Notes: generated by a model from the letters alone, not told the origin. A stretch of DNA of 27,926 bases from a virus (IMGVR_UViG_3300010203_000018:1-27926), one strand, 5' to 3'; positions 1 through 8,703 are shown, counted from the first letter of the stretch. A program made the numbers and translations.

Positions 1-201
1 TCAATCCACGAGGCCGAAGTAGATCAACGCGGAAAAGCCTATGAAGGCCAGGACGCCCAGGCGCGCGATCCATTTGAAGCCGCCCTCGACGCCGCGATCG
101 AAGCCGGCAATCCATTTCGACGGAAGGAAAAGGCGCACCAAAGCGAGGCCTGTGGCGAGAGCGACGCCGGCAATCACGCCAATGATAAGAAGCATTCCCA
201 T
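1..201 (-). CDS. Small membrane protein (two hydrophobic segments), likely co-transcribed with repressor
   Basis: 66 aa; hydrophobic MGMLLIIGVIAGVALATGLALV and LGVLAFIGFSALIYFGL; starts 2 nt after the repressor stop. Confidence 0.7.
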   Translation of the reverse strand: MGMLLIIGVIAGVALATGLALVRLFLPSKWIAGFDRGVEGGFKWIARLGVLAFIGFSALIYFGLVD

Positions 202-203
202 GG

Positions 204-1280
204 TTACAGCCTATTGTCCCACCAAATGATTTTGCCGATGATTTTCAAGGAACCTGACGTCCTGAAGTCGAACATTTCGATTGGGTAATCGCCTAAATTG
301 TCGCTGAAAATGGCGACGTGATCGTGATCGACGCGAATAAGGCGCTTGAGGCGTAGTTCTCCATTGTCAAAAAACACGTAAATATTCGAGGAAGCCGTGA
401 GTTGCTTCCCCTGGGCGGTCCTATAGTCTGGATCGGGCAGCGTGGCCTGATTGCGGTCCACGATCAAAAGAGCATCGTTCAAGATCGTGGGGGCCATGCT
501 ATCGCCTTTGGCCCTGAGGCTTTCAAGACGAGCGGAATAGGCCGCTTGCCCCATGAGTTTCTCAAGGAAGAATATCGGGAATTCGAACTCGGCCTCAGCC
601 CTCACCACATCGGCAAGAGCGCCAAGGCCCGCTGAAGCGAAGACGTCGAGAACGGGTATCGCGACGGTTCCAGCGCTCTTGCTCGGCGGCAACGCCGAGG
701 CCTCCGGCTCCGCGCGCATGACGGTTGAGGGGCTTTGACCAACAGCAAAAGCAATCGAGATGAAGTGATCGACGCGGATCGGCGCGCGACCAGTGAAGTA
801 ATCCTTCAGCGTATTCTCTGAAAGCCCCGTCTTTCGCGAAATCTCTTTGCGTTGAGCGACGCCCTGAAGGGCATCTCGCAGAAATCGCGCGATCATCTCG
901 CCCATAAGCGACGCCCGATTGTGCAGCGGGCCTCGCGGGATGTCGTAAAAGGATGAAATTTCGGACGAGACAGAGAGGACGGGATCATCCTCTCCGGGGA
1001 AAAAATCAGCCGGCGGCGTATTGCAGGCGACAGCGATCAGCAGAAATCGATCAACGGACGGGGATGTGCGACCGTTCTGATAGTCCACCAGAGTTTTTTC
1101 AGGGATTGACGTTAACCTACTGATTTCGCGTCGTTTTTTTGGGTTCTGCAAATATCTTTGCAGCACGTCGAGGAAATGCGCGCTGAGTTCGCAGGCTTTA
1201 AAGTCGACCTCTCTGGCGGAAATGTCCGTCATTTCTGAAAACTCAGCTTGACGCGAGAGCGATGATATATGAGAAATCAA
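204..1280 (-). CDS. CI/LexA-type prophage repressor: two XRE HTH domains plus S24 peptidase (true start may be ATG at 1232)
   Basis: Two HTH-like repeats (RREISRLTSIPEKTLVDYQNGRTSP; RKEISRKTGLSENTLKDYFTGRAP), Ala-Gly site ASAG, catalytic GDSM and LKRL, C-terminal IIGKIIW; divergent from ner. Confidence 0.9.
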   Translation of the reverse strand: MISHISSLSRQAEFSEMTDISAREVDFKACELSAHFLDVLQRYLQNPKKRREISRLTSIPEKTLVDYQNGRTSPSVDRFLLIAVACNTPPADFFPGEDDPVLSVSSEISSFYDIPRGPLHNRASLMGEMIARFLRDALQGVAQRKEISRKTGLSENTLKDYFTGRAPIRVDHFISIAFAVGQSPSTVMRAEPEASALPPSKSAGTVAIPVLDVFASAGLGALADVVRAEAEFEFPIFFLEKLMGQAAYSARLESLRAKGDSMAPTILNDALLIVDRNQATLPDPDYRTAQGKQLTASSNIYVFFDNGELRLKRLIRVDHDHVAIFSDNLGDYPIEMFDFRTSGSLKIIGKIIWWDNRL

Positions 1281-1297
1281 AGAAAGCTGATTTCTCA
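1270..1297. promoter_or_regulatory. Candidate operator (perfect 10-bp inverted repeat, 8-bp spacer) in the repressor/ner divergent region
   Basis: TGAGAAATCA (1270-1279) aagaaagc TGATTTCTCA (1288-1297). Confidence 0.65.
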
Positions 1298-1310
1298 GGA
1301 AACATTGTCC

Positions 1311-1586
1311 GTGCCGTCACACGTTCCCCCTTCCAAATGGCATCGTGAGGACATCAAAGCCGAGGTCCGCAAGCGCGGATCGACGCTTGCCGAACTCGCC
1401 AAAAACGCTGGTTTGGCGCCGGCCTCGTTGAGCTATGCGCTGGCGAAGCGTCATCCGCGCGCCAATCGAACTATCGCCGAGTTCATCCGCGTCCCCCTCC
1501 ATGAACTCTGGCCGGCTTTTTATCCGCCGCCGCGCCCCGAAGCTACACCTGAACGCGCGCCGTTGTCCCACAAAAAAGGGGCTTGA
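1311..1586 (+). CDS. ner: Ner/Nlp-family HTH transcriptional regulator
   Basis: WHREDIKAEVRKRGSTLAELA...IAEFIRVPLHELWPAFY is the Ner signature; GTG at 1311 after AGGA (ORF track starts 1269). Confidence 0.9.
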   Translation: MPSHVPPSKWHREDIKAEVRKRGSTLAELAKNAGLAPASLSYALAKRHPRANRTIAEFIRVPLHELWPAFYPPPRPEATPERAPLSHKKGA

Positions 1587-1587
1587 A

Positions 1588-1860
1588 ATGGTCGGACACG
1601 CGCTCATAGACGCCGACCTCCGGGACATGGAAGTCTTGCTTGGGCCGTATTTCGGCAACGGTCGCCGACCGAATTTCTGGCCCGATGCCGACGTGCGGCG
1701 CTTCGTCTTTGCCGCGCACCGTCAGATGACGATCGAAACCTGTCGCGCTGCTTGCGCCGAGCGGTTCGGACCGGCGCGGACGCCCAGCAAATCCGCCGTA
1801 GGCCGGTTCTGGTGCGTCATAGACCGGGCGCGCAAGCGCGATCGCAATTCCCTGAAGTGA
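1588..1860 (+). CDS. Hypothetical protein, possible HTH
   Basis: ATG 1 nt after ner stop; 90 aa; PSKSAVGRFW segment resembles a recognition helix. Confidence 0.65.
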   Translation: MVGHALIDADLRDMEVLLGPYFGNGRRPNFWPDADVRRFVFAAHRQMTIETCRAACAERFGPARTPSKSAVGRFWCVIDRARKRDRNSLK

Positions 1861-1881
1861 AACCCCCAAGAGGTTGTTTTG

Positions 1882-2724
1882 ATGGCCTTGCCGCATTTTA
1901 TTGACATCAACAAGATCGACACTCGGAACAGACTGCGCGAGTTCGATCCTGACGTTGTCGAGTTCATGGTCCCGTCGATCCGAGACGGTGGAGGAAAGCC
2001 GCGCCAGCCGATCATTGTTCGCCCGTTCGCAGCGGATGGGTTCGACTACAAGTTGGTCATTGGCGGACACCGCATCGAATGTTTCCGGCTGTTGAAAATC
2101 GACCAGCTTGAGGTCGGCGAGCACGGACACGTCATCATCCGCAACATGAGCGATGACGAAGCGCAACTCGCAGAAATCGACGAAAATCTGATGCGGAACG
2201 AGCTGACGCAGCTCGACCTCGCGACGTTCGTCTCTACCCGTCAAGCTGTCTACGACCGCATCTATCCCGATAAGATAAATGGCAAGTCTAGGAATTCAAA
2301 GGCGGTTCAAAATTCGCAAAGTTTGCGAACCTTCGGAGAGCGCTTTTCCAAGAATATTGCGCGCAAGCTCGGCGTGTCCGAGCGGACCATTCAATATCTG
2401 GTCGAGATCTCCAAAATTGACCGTGAGGCCATGCACGACCTTCGCGGCACGCCGATTGAGGACAATCAGCGGGAGTTGCTGGCGCTGGCGAAACGCTCCG
2501 TCGATGAGCAGCGCCAGATCGCGCTAGCGATCCGGGACGGCCGGGCCAAGGCCGTCGCGCCCGCACTGGTCGCGGTCGGGCTGTCCGAGCCGCCGCCGGT
2601 CGAGCCGCCGCAGAAGCGGATTTACGCGGAGCTTGTTGGCGCCTGGGAACGTGCGGACAAGACCACGCGCGACGAATTTCTCGCCTTCGCCGGCCTCTCC
2701 TACGCGAGGGCCGCGAAGAAATGA
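1882..2724 (+). CDS. ParB/Spo0J N-terminal domain protein with HTH
   Basis: QPIIVRP...LVIGGHRIECFRLL, AEIDENLMRNELT, IARKLGVSERTIQ; RBS GAGG upstream. Confidence 0.88.
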   Translation: MALPHFIDINKIDTRNRLREFDPDVVEFMVPSIRDGGGKPRQPIIVRPFAADGFDYKLVIGGHRIECFRLLKIDQLEVGEHGHVIIRNMSDDEAQLAEIDENLMRNELTQLDLATFVSTRQAVYDRIYPDKINGKSRNSKAVQNSQSLRTFGERFSKNIARKLGVSERTIQYLVEISKIDREAMHDLRGTPIEDNQRELLALAKRSVDEQRQIALAIRDGRAKAVAPALVAVGLSEPPPVEPPQKRIYAELVGAWERADKTTRDEFLAFAGLSYARAAKK

Positions 2725-2895
2725 TCCACGCCGACCGTCTTCTCCTGCTCGTGTTCTGCCTTGGACCCTGGGGGGGTGGCGGCGGTCGTCATCGGCGCCG
2801 CGCTCGTCCTCGAATGGCGCGTGCGCCGCCTACGCGAGACGTCCGCCGACGTCGCTGATGTCGAAGTTGCTGACCGCAATCGTTCGGTCTGGTGA
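2721..2895 (+). pseudogene. Small membrane protein gene frameshifted at a G7 tract (2770-2776)
   Basis: ATGA-coupled to ParB stop; removing one G gives MIHADRLLLLVFCLGPWGVAAVVIGAALVLEWRVRRLRETSADVADVEVADRNRSVW* ending 8 nt before the transposase ATG. Confidence 0.55.
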
Positions 2896-2903
2896 TCTGA
2901 TCC

Positions 2904-5018
2904 ATGAAGTCCTGGTTGACCACATCCGACCTCGCCGCCGCCGCCTTGCCGGGCTATCCCGAGAGCCGCAAGGGCTGGGATTTGCTCGTCGAGCGTGAGG
3001 GCTGGGCGGAACGGCCTGGGCTTTGCCGCACGCGTTCGGGGCGCGGCGGCGGTCTTGAATATCATGTGGACCTGCTGCCTCCCGCTGTCTTGGCGGCCTA
3101 TGTCGCCAGGACGACCGGCCGTGTCGTTGTGGCTGAGGAGGACCGGCTGCTCGCCGAGGCCTCGGAGCCGGAGGACGTGCAGGCGGCGGCGCTGGATCAT
3201 CGCGATGCGCGGCTCGCGCTGCTTGATGCGGCCGACCGCATCGCCAAGGCCGGCTCCATGACGCGGAAGACGGCCGACACGATCTTCTGCGCCCATTACA
3301 ACGCCGGAAAAATCGAGGTCGATGACTGGGTCCGCGCGGCGGTGAAGGAAGTCTCGCCGCGCTCGCTGCGGCGCTGGCGCGATCTACGCGCCGCCCGGCA
3401 GATCGGCCGCCTGGCTGTCGACCGCGGCGCCGGCCGGCGCGGCAAGGGCCGGCTCGATGCGCCGGAAGTGCGCGTATGGCTGCTCGCTTACATCGCGCAC
3501 CAGCCGCATTCGTCGGCGCAGCGCGCGCACGGCTATCTCAAGGCGCAATTCCCCGACATCGAAGTGTCTGTGAAGACGGTTGAGCGCGCTTTAATCGCTC
3601 TTAAAGAGGTCGAAAAAGTCGCTCTCACCCGCATCACTAATCCCGATGCTTGGAAATCGAAATACGAGATCAGCGGCTCCAATTCCAACGCCGTCACCCG
3701 GTTGAACGAGCGCTGGATGATCGACGCATCGCCGGCCGACGTGCTTCTGACCACCGGGCGTCATTCGATCTATGCCGCTATCGACGTTTTCTCGCGTCGC
3801 ACCATCATTTACGTGACCAAGACGCCGCGCGCGGAGGCGGTTTGCCTGCTGTTGCGCCGGGCGCTGCTGGCCTGGGGCGTGCCGGAGAAGATCAAGACCG
3901 ACAACGGCAGTGATTTCAAAGCGCGCCGCACCGAAGGTTTGTTGCGCGCGCTGGAAATCGAGATTGAGGTGTCCGCGCCGTTCGATCCGAAGGCCAAGGC
4001 GCATGTCGAGCGTGTGATCGGCACGTTTCAGCACGATTGCGCGTCCGATTTGCCGGGCTTCATCGGCCACAGTGTCGCTGATCGCAAGGTGATCGAGGAG
4101 CGCCGCGCCTTCGCGCAGCGCATCGGCGAGACAGACGACAATATTTTTTGCGTCGAGCTGGACGCCAAGGGCTTGCAAGACCGCTGCGACCATTGGGCCA
4201 GCGTGCGCTATGAGCACCGGCCGCACGGCGGTCTCGGCAAGAAGACACCTTTTGAGGTCGCGGCCTCCTATCGCGGGCGCATTCGGCGGATTGACGACGT
4301 GCATGCGCTCGATCTGTTGCTCGCGCCGATTGCTGGCTCTGATGGGCTGCGCACGGTCACCAAGAGCGGCGTGCGGATCGATAATTCGCTGTACATGGTG
4401 CCATCGATCCTGCCCGGTGAGCGCGTCTTCGTCCGCATGGACCCCGCCGACCTCGGCCGCATCTATTGTTTCACCGAGGACGGCCTGACCTATCGCGGCG
4501 AGGGCGTGTGTCCCGAACTGGCCGGCGTCGATCCCATTGCGCTGCTGCAGCAGACCAAGAAGGCGCAGGCAGAATTGCTGGCCGAGCGCGCCGCGCCGAT
4601 CCGCCGCGAGCTGCGCGCGCTGAAGAAGAACAAGGCGGCGCTTGCCGCCGAGATCGCGCGAGCCGAGGCGGAGAAGGCCGGCAAGCTGGTAGCGCTGCCG
4701 CGTCCCACGGAAACCTATTCGACGCCCGCACTCGAAGCGGCGCGTGGCGCCATTGACGGCCATGCGGAGGCGCCATCCGCGCTGGCGCCCGCCGCCAATA
4801 TCGACCGCGTCATTCTCGCGCCGCAGCCCGCCCTCGCGGTGCTGCCCGAGACCCGTCACCAGCGCTTCGCGCGCGCCAGACAGATGGAGGAGCAGGAAAA
4901 AGCAGGGATCGCATTGAGTATTGAGGACGCCCGCTGGCTGGCGGGCTACCGGGCCGGCGCCGAGTACCGCGCCATGGCCGCTGTGCAGGCTTTCGCGGAG
5001 CAGTCCACGAAAAGATGA
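2904..5018 (+). CDS. MuA-like DDE transposase
   Basis: N-terminal Mu-type HTH (WLTTSDLA...GRGGGLEYHVDLLP); DDE residues in WMIDASPAD, IKTDNGSDF, KAHVER; C-terminal Mu transposase domain (VRMDPADLGRIYCF). Confidence 0.96.
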   Translation: MKSWLTTSDLAAAALPGYPESRKGWDLLVEREGWAERPGLCRTRSGRGGGLEYHVDLLPPAVLAAYVARTTGRVVVAEEDRLLAEASEPEDVQAAALDHRDARLALLDAADRIAKAGSMTRKTADTIFCAHYNAGKIEVDDWVRAAVKEVSPRSLRRWRDLRAARQIGRLAVDRGAGRRGKGRLDAPEVRVWLLAYIAHQPHSSAQRAHGYLKAQFPDIEVSVKTVERALIALKEVEKVALTRITNPDAWKSKYEISGSNSNAVTRLNERWMIDASPADVLLTTGRHSIYAAIDVFSRRTIIYVTKTPRAEAVCLLLRRALLAWGVPEKIKTDNGSDFKARRTEGLLRALEIEIEVSAPFDPKAKAHVERVIGTFQHDCASDLPGFIGHSVADRKVIEERRAFAQRIGETDDNIFCVELDAKGLQDRCDHWASVRYEHRPHGGLGKKTPFEVAASYRGRIRRIDDVHALDLLLAPIAGSDGLRTVTKSGVRIDNSLYMVPSILPGERVFVRMDPADLGRIYCFTEDGLTYRGEGVCPELAGVDPIALLQQTKKAQAELLAERAAPIRRELRALKKNKAALAAEIARAEAEKAGKLVALPRPTETYSTPALEAARGAIDGHAEAPSALAPAANIDRVILAPQPALAVLPETRHQRFARARQMEEQEKAGIALSIEDARWLAGYRAGAEYRAMAAVQAFAEQSTKR

Positions 5019-5047
5019 AGCCCCTGAGCTGGAACCTCAGAGGCTTC
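5017..5047. other. Stem-loop between transposase and MuB genes
   Basis: GAAGCCCCTGAG-ctggaac-CTCAGAGGCTTC, 12-bp stem with one mismatch. Confidence 0.5.
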
Positions 5048-5079
5048 GATATTCGCAAACCGATTTATAGGAGCAGAAG

Positions 5080-5838
5080 ATGGCAGAAACGCCAAAAACC
5101 GTCAATACCGGGCAATCGCTGATCGTGCTCAGCAATGTCCTCGCGTTCGTCGAACTGGCGATGTTGGTTAAGGACCGGTCACCGGGCCTGCCGAATTTCG
5201 GTGTGTTCTCAGGGTTCTCCGGCTACGGCAAGACCTACGCCGCCGCTTACGTTCGAAATTTGATGCGCGGAATTTATGTCGAAGTCGGCTCGTCTTGGAC
5301 GGCCAAGACGCTGGCTACGAACATCCTTTACGAGTTGGGAATCACGAATCCACGCGGCGCCGTCGCTGATCTGATCGAACAGATTGTCCGGCTGCTCGGC
5401 GATCAGCCGGACCGCCCGTTGATCATCGACGAAGCCGACAAGATGGTGACCAAGGGCTATGTCGAGATCGTCCGCGAGATCGCCGACAAGTCGCAGGTGC
5501 CTGTCCTATTGATCGGCGAGGAGGCGCTGCCCCAACTGCTGGTGCGCATTGAGCGCGTCCATAACCGCGTGTTGAAATTCGTGCAGGCGCAGCCGTGCGA
5601 TGTGGAAGACACCAAGGCGCTGGCGAACATGATCCTCGGCGACACGCCGATTGAGGACGCGCTGGTGCTGGCTGTGCGCGAGAAAACACAAGGGCGGGCG
5701 CGCCGCATCGTCACCAAATTTGCCAACGCCCGCGATTGGGCGGCGACCAATCAGCCCAAGGACGGGCTGACGCTGGCCAACTATGGCGCGCTGATCGCGA
5801 CCGGCGACGCGCCGGCCCTGCGCAACGGCAAGCTGTGA
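5080..5838 (+). CDS. MuB-like AAA+ ATPase (transposition protein B)
   Basis: Walker A GFSGYGKT, Walker B LIIDEAD; RBS AGGAG; follows transposase. Confidence 0.94.
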   Translation: MAETPKTVNTGQSLIVLSNVLAFVELAMLVKDRSPGLPNFGVFSGFSGYGKTYAAAYVRNLMRGIYVEVGSSWTAKTLATNILYELGITNPRGAVADLIEQIVRLLGDQPDRPLIIDEADKMVTKGYVEIVREIADKSQVPVLLIGEEALPQLLVRIERVHNRVLKFVQAQPCDVEDTKALANMILGDTPIEDALVLAVREKTQGRARRIVTKFANARDWAATNQPKDGLTLANYGALIATGDAPALRNGKL

Positions 5839-5847
5839 GGGACGGCC

Positions 5848-6468
5848 ATGACACACACCCTCAAGGTTTCCCTTATGCGCTCCCCCGCCTTCTACTGGAA
5901 GGCGGCGTGCGAGTTCGGGCCGAAGGGCTTCACCACCGCCGACCTCGCAGGCTGCACCTGCGGCGTGGCCTATGCCACGGTGCGTAACTGGATTCGCGTG
6001 ATGCGACACGAAGGCGAACTCGTCGTGGTCGGTTCTGTTCCGTCGCTCGCCGGCAAGCCCAAGCACGTCTACGCCGTCAAGCGCCCGCGCGCCAAAGGCC
6101 CCGGCGTACGTCGGCCCGAATCCGATGGCTCCTACGGGCTGATCACGGAGCAAATTTGGCAGACAATGCGGATGCTGAAGGGCTCCTGGACGACCGAAGA
6201 GTTAGCTCTGGCGTCCTCGACCGAAGAAGTGGTTGTGCTGCGCAACACGACCCAGAGGTACGTGCGATCGCTGGTTCGCGCTGGGATCGTTCAGCTCGTT
6301 AAACCGTCGGTGCGGACCAACCGGGGCTCGATTGCCGCGCGCTACAACCTGACACGCACTGGCAACACCGGGCCGTTGCCGCCGAAGTTGCTGCAAGCGG
6401 AATTTGTTTACGACCAGAACACCCAAAAGATCGTCGGCGAAAGCGAGGTGCGCAATGGCCTCGTCTAA
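5848..6468 (+). CDS. Hypothetical DNA-binding protein with two winged-helix-like repeats
   Basis: Repeats W..-FTTADLA...TVRNWIRVMRHEGEL and W..-WTTEELA...TTQRYVRSLVRAGIV. Confidence 0.7.
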   Translation: MTHTLKVSLMRSPAFYWKAACEFGPKGFTTADLAGCTCGVAYATVRNWIRVMRHEGELVVVGSVPSLAGKPKHVYAVKRPRAKGPGVRRPESDGSYGLITEQIWQTMRMLKGSWTTEELALASSTEEVVVLRNTTQRYVRSLVRAGIVQLVKPSVRTNRGSIAARYNLTRTGNTGPLPPKLLQAEFVYDQNTQKIVGESEVRNGLV

Positions 6469-6850
6469 GACGAATTTCATGGCTAACGCCGAGCGCAACT
6501 GGGGCGAAGCTATGCCCGATTGGGTGAAGGCTCTCGCCGAGGAGGCCACCCGAACCTCCGGCACCGAAATGGCGCGGCGGCTGGGCTATTCGCCCGCTGT
6601 GGTCACCGGCGTGATCAACGCGACCTATGCTGGCGATCTTGCCACCGTCGAAGCCAAGGTGCGCGGCCTGCTTATGAACGAGACGGTCGATTGCCCCGTG
6701 CTCGGCGAGCTGACCCGCGATCGGTGTCTTAACGAACAGAAGATGAGCCGGATCGGCTCGTCTTCCCTGCGGGCGCGGATTTCCCGCGCCTGCCGGTCCG
6801 GCTGTCCGCATTCGCGGCTGTCGAAGTCCGAGGGAGGCGCCGATGTCTAG
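6455..6850 (+). CDS. HTH protein with Cys-rich C-terminus
   Basis: EMARRLGYSPAVVTGVINATY; CPVLGE..C..C.SGCPHS; RBS GAGG. Confidence 0.75.
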   Translation: MASSKTNFMANAERNWGEAMPDWVKALAEEATRTSGTEMARRLGYSPAVVTGVINATYAGDLATVEAKVRGLLMNETVDCPVLGELTRDRCLNEQKMSRIGSSSLRARISRACRSGCPHSRLSKSEGGADV

Positions 6851-7142
6851 GGCCAATGGTCTGATCGCCTGGCGTGACTATCTCGCCAGCTACGAGGGCG
6901 GAGTCGAGCTGTCGAAGCTGTCGCTTGACATGCTGGTGATGACGCTCGCAACGGCCATCGCCGAGATCGAGGCGCTGGAGCAGCCCGAGCGCCAGGACTG
7001 GCTCGCCGTCAAGGCGCGCCAGGAGCAGGCCTCGTCCGGGTACGCCGACGCTGTCGTCGCCGGCGTGCGCGATGGCAAGGTGGCGGTGCTGGCGCAGGCC
7101 CGCATGGCGCGGCTCATTGCGGCCGAAGGAGGCGTCGCATGA
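6843..7142 (+). CDS. Hypothetical protein
   Basis: RBS GGAGG, overlaps neighbours in operon. Confidence 0.7.
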   Translation: MSRANGLIAWRDYLASYEGGVELSKLSLDMLVMTLATAIAEIEALEQPERQDWLAVKARQEQASSGYADAVVAGVRDGKVAVLAQARMARLIAAEGGVA

Positions 7143-7567
7143 TGCGCGCCTATCTCCTCACCCTTGTGGCGGAGGCGTGGGACCTCACCGTCGACGAGGT
7201 CCGCACGCCCACCAAGCGCCGCGACATTATCGCGGCGCGGGCGGCCTATGCCGAGTTGGCGCGGCGCTACACGCGGGACAGCTCGCGCGAGATCGCCGAG
7301 CCGATCCGCTCCTGCGGAAAATCCGTCTCGCACGGCTGGCGGCTGTTCGCCGGCCGCATGGCGCATGCGGACTTCGCGGCGAAGTTCAGCGCCCTTGACG
7401 CCGTGCTGGCGCGGCAGCTGCCGCGAACGCCGGAGCGCCGGAACACTCAGCCCAAGCCGTGGCTCAAAGGCAAGCGGCACAAGCCACGTCCCAAGCTCCC
7501 CTCGGAAATCCTGCGCGCGCCGAGCAGCGTCAATGACCAGATCGAAAAGGCTTATCTCAATGGCTGA
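7139..7567 (+). CDS. DnaA domain IV (Bac_DnaA_C)-like HTH protein
   Basis: VAEAWDLTVDEVRTPTKRRDIIAARAAYAELARRYTRDSSREIA...SVSHG parallels the DnaA C-terminal pattern. Confidence 0.65.
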   Translation: MMRAYLLTLVAEAWDLTVDEVRTPTKRRDIIAARAAYAELARRYTRDSSREIAEPIRSCGKSVSHGWRLFAGRMAHADFAAKFSALDAVLARQLPRTPERRNTQPKPWLKGKRHKPRPKLPSEILRAPSSVNDQIEKAYLNG

Positions 7568-8201
7568 ACATCAATCCCATCCCGGCGCGGTCGAAGTCGG
7601 CGGCCGTCCCTATTTGCGCGATGCGCGCGGCGCCCTCGTGCCCATCGAAACGATCAAGCCGATGGATCTGCTGATCGACGAGCAGGTGCGAAAAATCCTG
7701 AAGTTCGCGACCGAGCTTTCCGCCCAGGTGTCCCGGTTCAAGGGCTACACCTTCACGGATATCGGCTCGCTGCAGGCGCTGGTCGATCAGGAATACGGCG
7801 CGAAGCTCGGCGGCGCCAAAGGCAATCTGACGCTGACGTCGTTCGATGGCTGCATGCGCGTGATGCTGCACATGCAAGACCAGATCGACTTTGGCCCGGA
7901 GTTGCAGACCGCGAAAAAGCTGGTCGACGAATGCCTGTCGGAATGGGCGGCGGACGCCTCGGCCAATATCCGCGCTTTGGTGACGCGCGCCTTCCAGGTC
8001 GACAAGGAGGGCCGGATCAACCGCGCCGAAATCTTCATGCTGCTGCGCGTGGAGATCGCCGACGAACGCTGGCAGCGGGCCATGGATGCGGTGCGCGACT
8101 CCATCCGCATCCTCGGGTCCAAGGCGTATCTGCGCTTCCAGACACGGCCCTCGCCCGAGGCGGCCTGGTCCAGCATCACCATCGATCTCGCAGCGGCATG
8201 A
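7560..8201 (+). CDS. DUF3164 family protein of Mu-like phages
   Basis: YLRDARGALVP..IKPMDLL.D, GGAKGNLTLTSFDG, AFQVDKEGRIN, WQRAMDAVRDS. Confidence 0.85.
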   Translation: MAEHQSHPGAVEVGGRPYLRDARGALVPIETIKPMDLLIDEQVRKILKFATELSAQVSRFKGYTFTDIGSLQALVDQEYGAKLGGAKGNLTLTSFDGCMRVMLHMQDQIDFGPELQTAKKLVDECLSEWAADASANIRALVTRAFQVDKEGRINRAEIFMLLRVEIADERWQRAMDAVRDSIRILGSKAYLRFQTRPSPEAAWSSITIDLAAA

Positions 8202-8213
8202 GGGAGGCTGGAT

Positions 8214-8495
8214 ATGAGAGGATTTGCCGAACCGGCGCGCCCAATCGTGGAAGCGATGCTCAAGAAGATCCGTCCAATTATTCTCGAAGCAATGGACGAA
8301 TGTCTTGCGGAGAGACTGACGCAACAAGAGAGCGTCGACGCTATCCTCGTCGGCCTTCTCTATCAAGCCGGCTTCTATGTCGCCGCTTTTGAGAGGGCCG
8401 CCGGATACGAGATTTCCTTCAGCGTGCTGTCGCGTGCGGCCAAGGCAGCCGTGGCTCACGGCCGCACGCTGGTCAAGGAGGCTGCTGATGCTTGA
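8214..8495 (+). CDS. Hypothetical protein
   Basis: RBS GGAGG; 93 aa; more AT-rich than neighbours. Confidence 0.65.
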   Translation: MRGFAEPARPIVEAMLKKIRPIILEAMDECLAERLTQQESVDAILVGLLYQAGFYVAAFERAAGYEISFSVLSRAAKAAVAHGRTLVKEAADA

Positions 8496-8703
8496 GCTGA
8501 TGCACCTCGCCTCGGCGGGCCAGCCCGCCTCCGTCGCGCCCCGCGACGTCGTTCTGGTCGAGCACCAGGGCGAGACCTACCGGGGGACCGTGCGCGCCGA
8601 GCGCAATGGTCATCTGCTTGTCGACGTCGAAACCTCGCCCAGGCCGATCCTCGTCCTGGTCTATCCCGACGCCATCCGCGACATCCTCGGGAGAGCGTCA
8701 TGA
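8488..8703 (+). CDS. Hypothetical protein (small beta-rich)
   Basis: RBS AGGAGG then ATG 8488; coupled to next gene. Confidence 0.65.
   Translation: MLELMHLASAGQPASVAPRDVVLVEHQGETYRGTVRAERNGHLLVDVETSPRPILVLVYPDAIRDILGRAS

Noticed and set aside
1-200. Prophage left end (TG dinucleotide and MuA binding sites)
   Set aside because: Window starts at a stop codon; no repeated end sites recognisable
1248-1277. Early promoter with TTGACG -35
   Set aside because: No convincing -10 at 16-18 bp spacing, so not listed as a feature
3591-4859. Long minus-strand ORF (422 aa) and similar ones at 7557-8459, 12488-13579, 15898-17205, 17790-19235, 19606-20952, 22420-23538, 25039-26061
   Set aside because: Antisense shadows of well-supported plus-strand genes; expected in high-GC DNA with strong codon bias; no recognisable motifs
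7164-7559. N-terminal extensions given by the ORF track for DUF3164 (also GemA from 9602, MT-A70 from 11391, Mor from 11848, gpG from 24036, gpJ from 26359)
   Set aside because: They overlap upstream genes; internal coupled starts with RBS fit the family N-termini better
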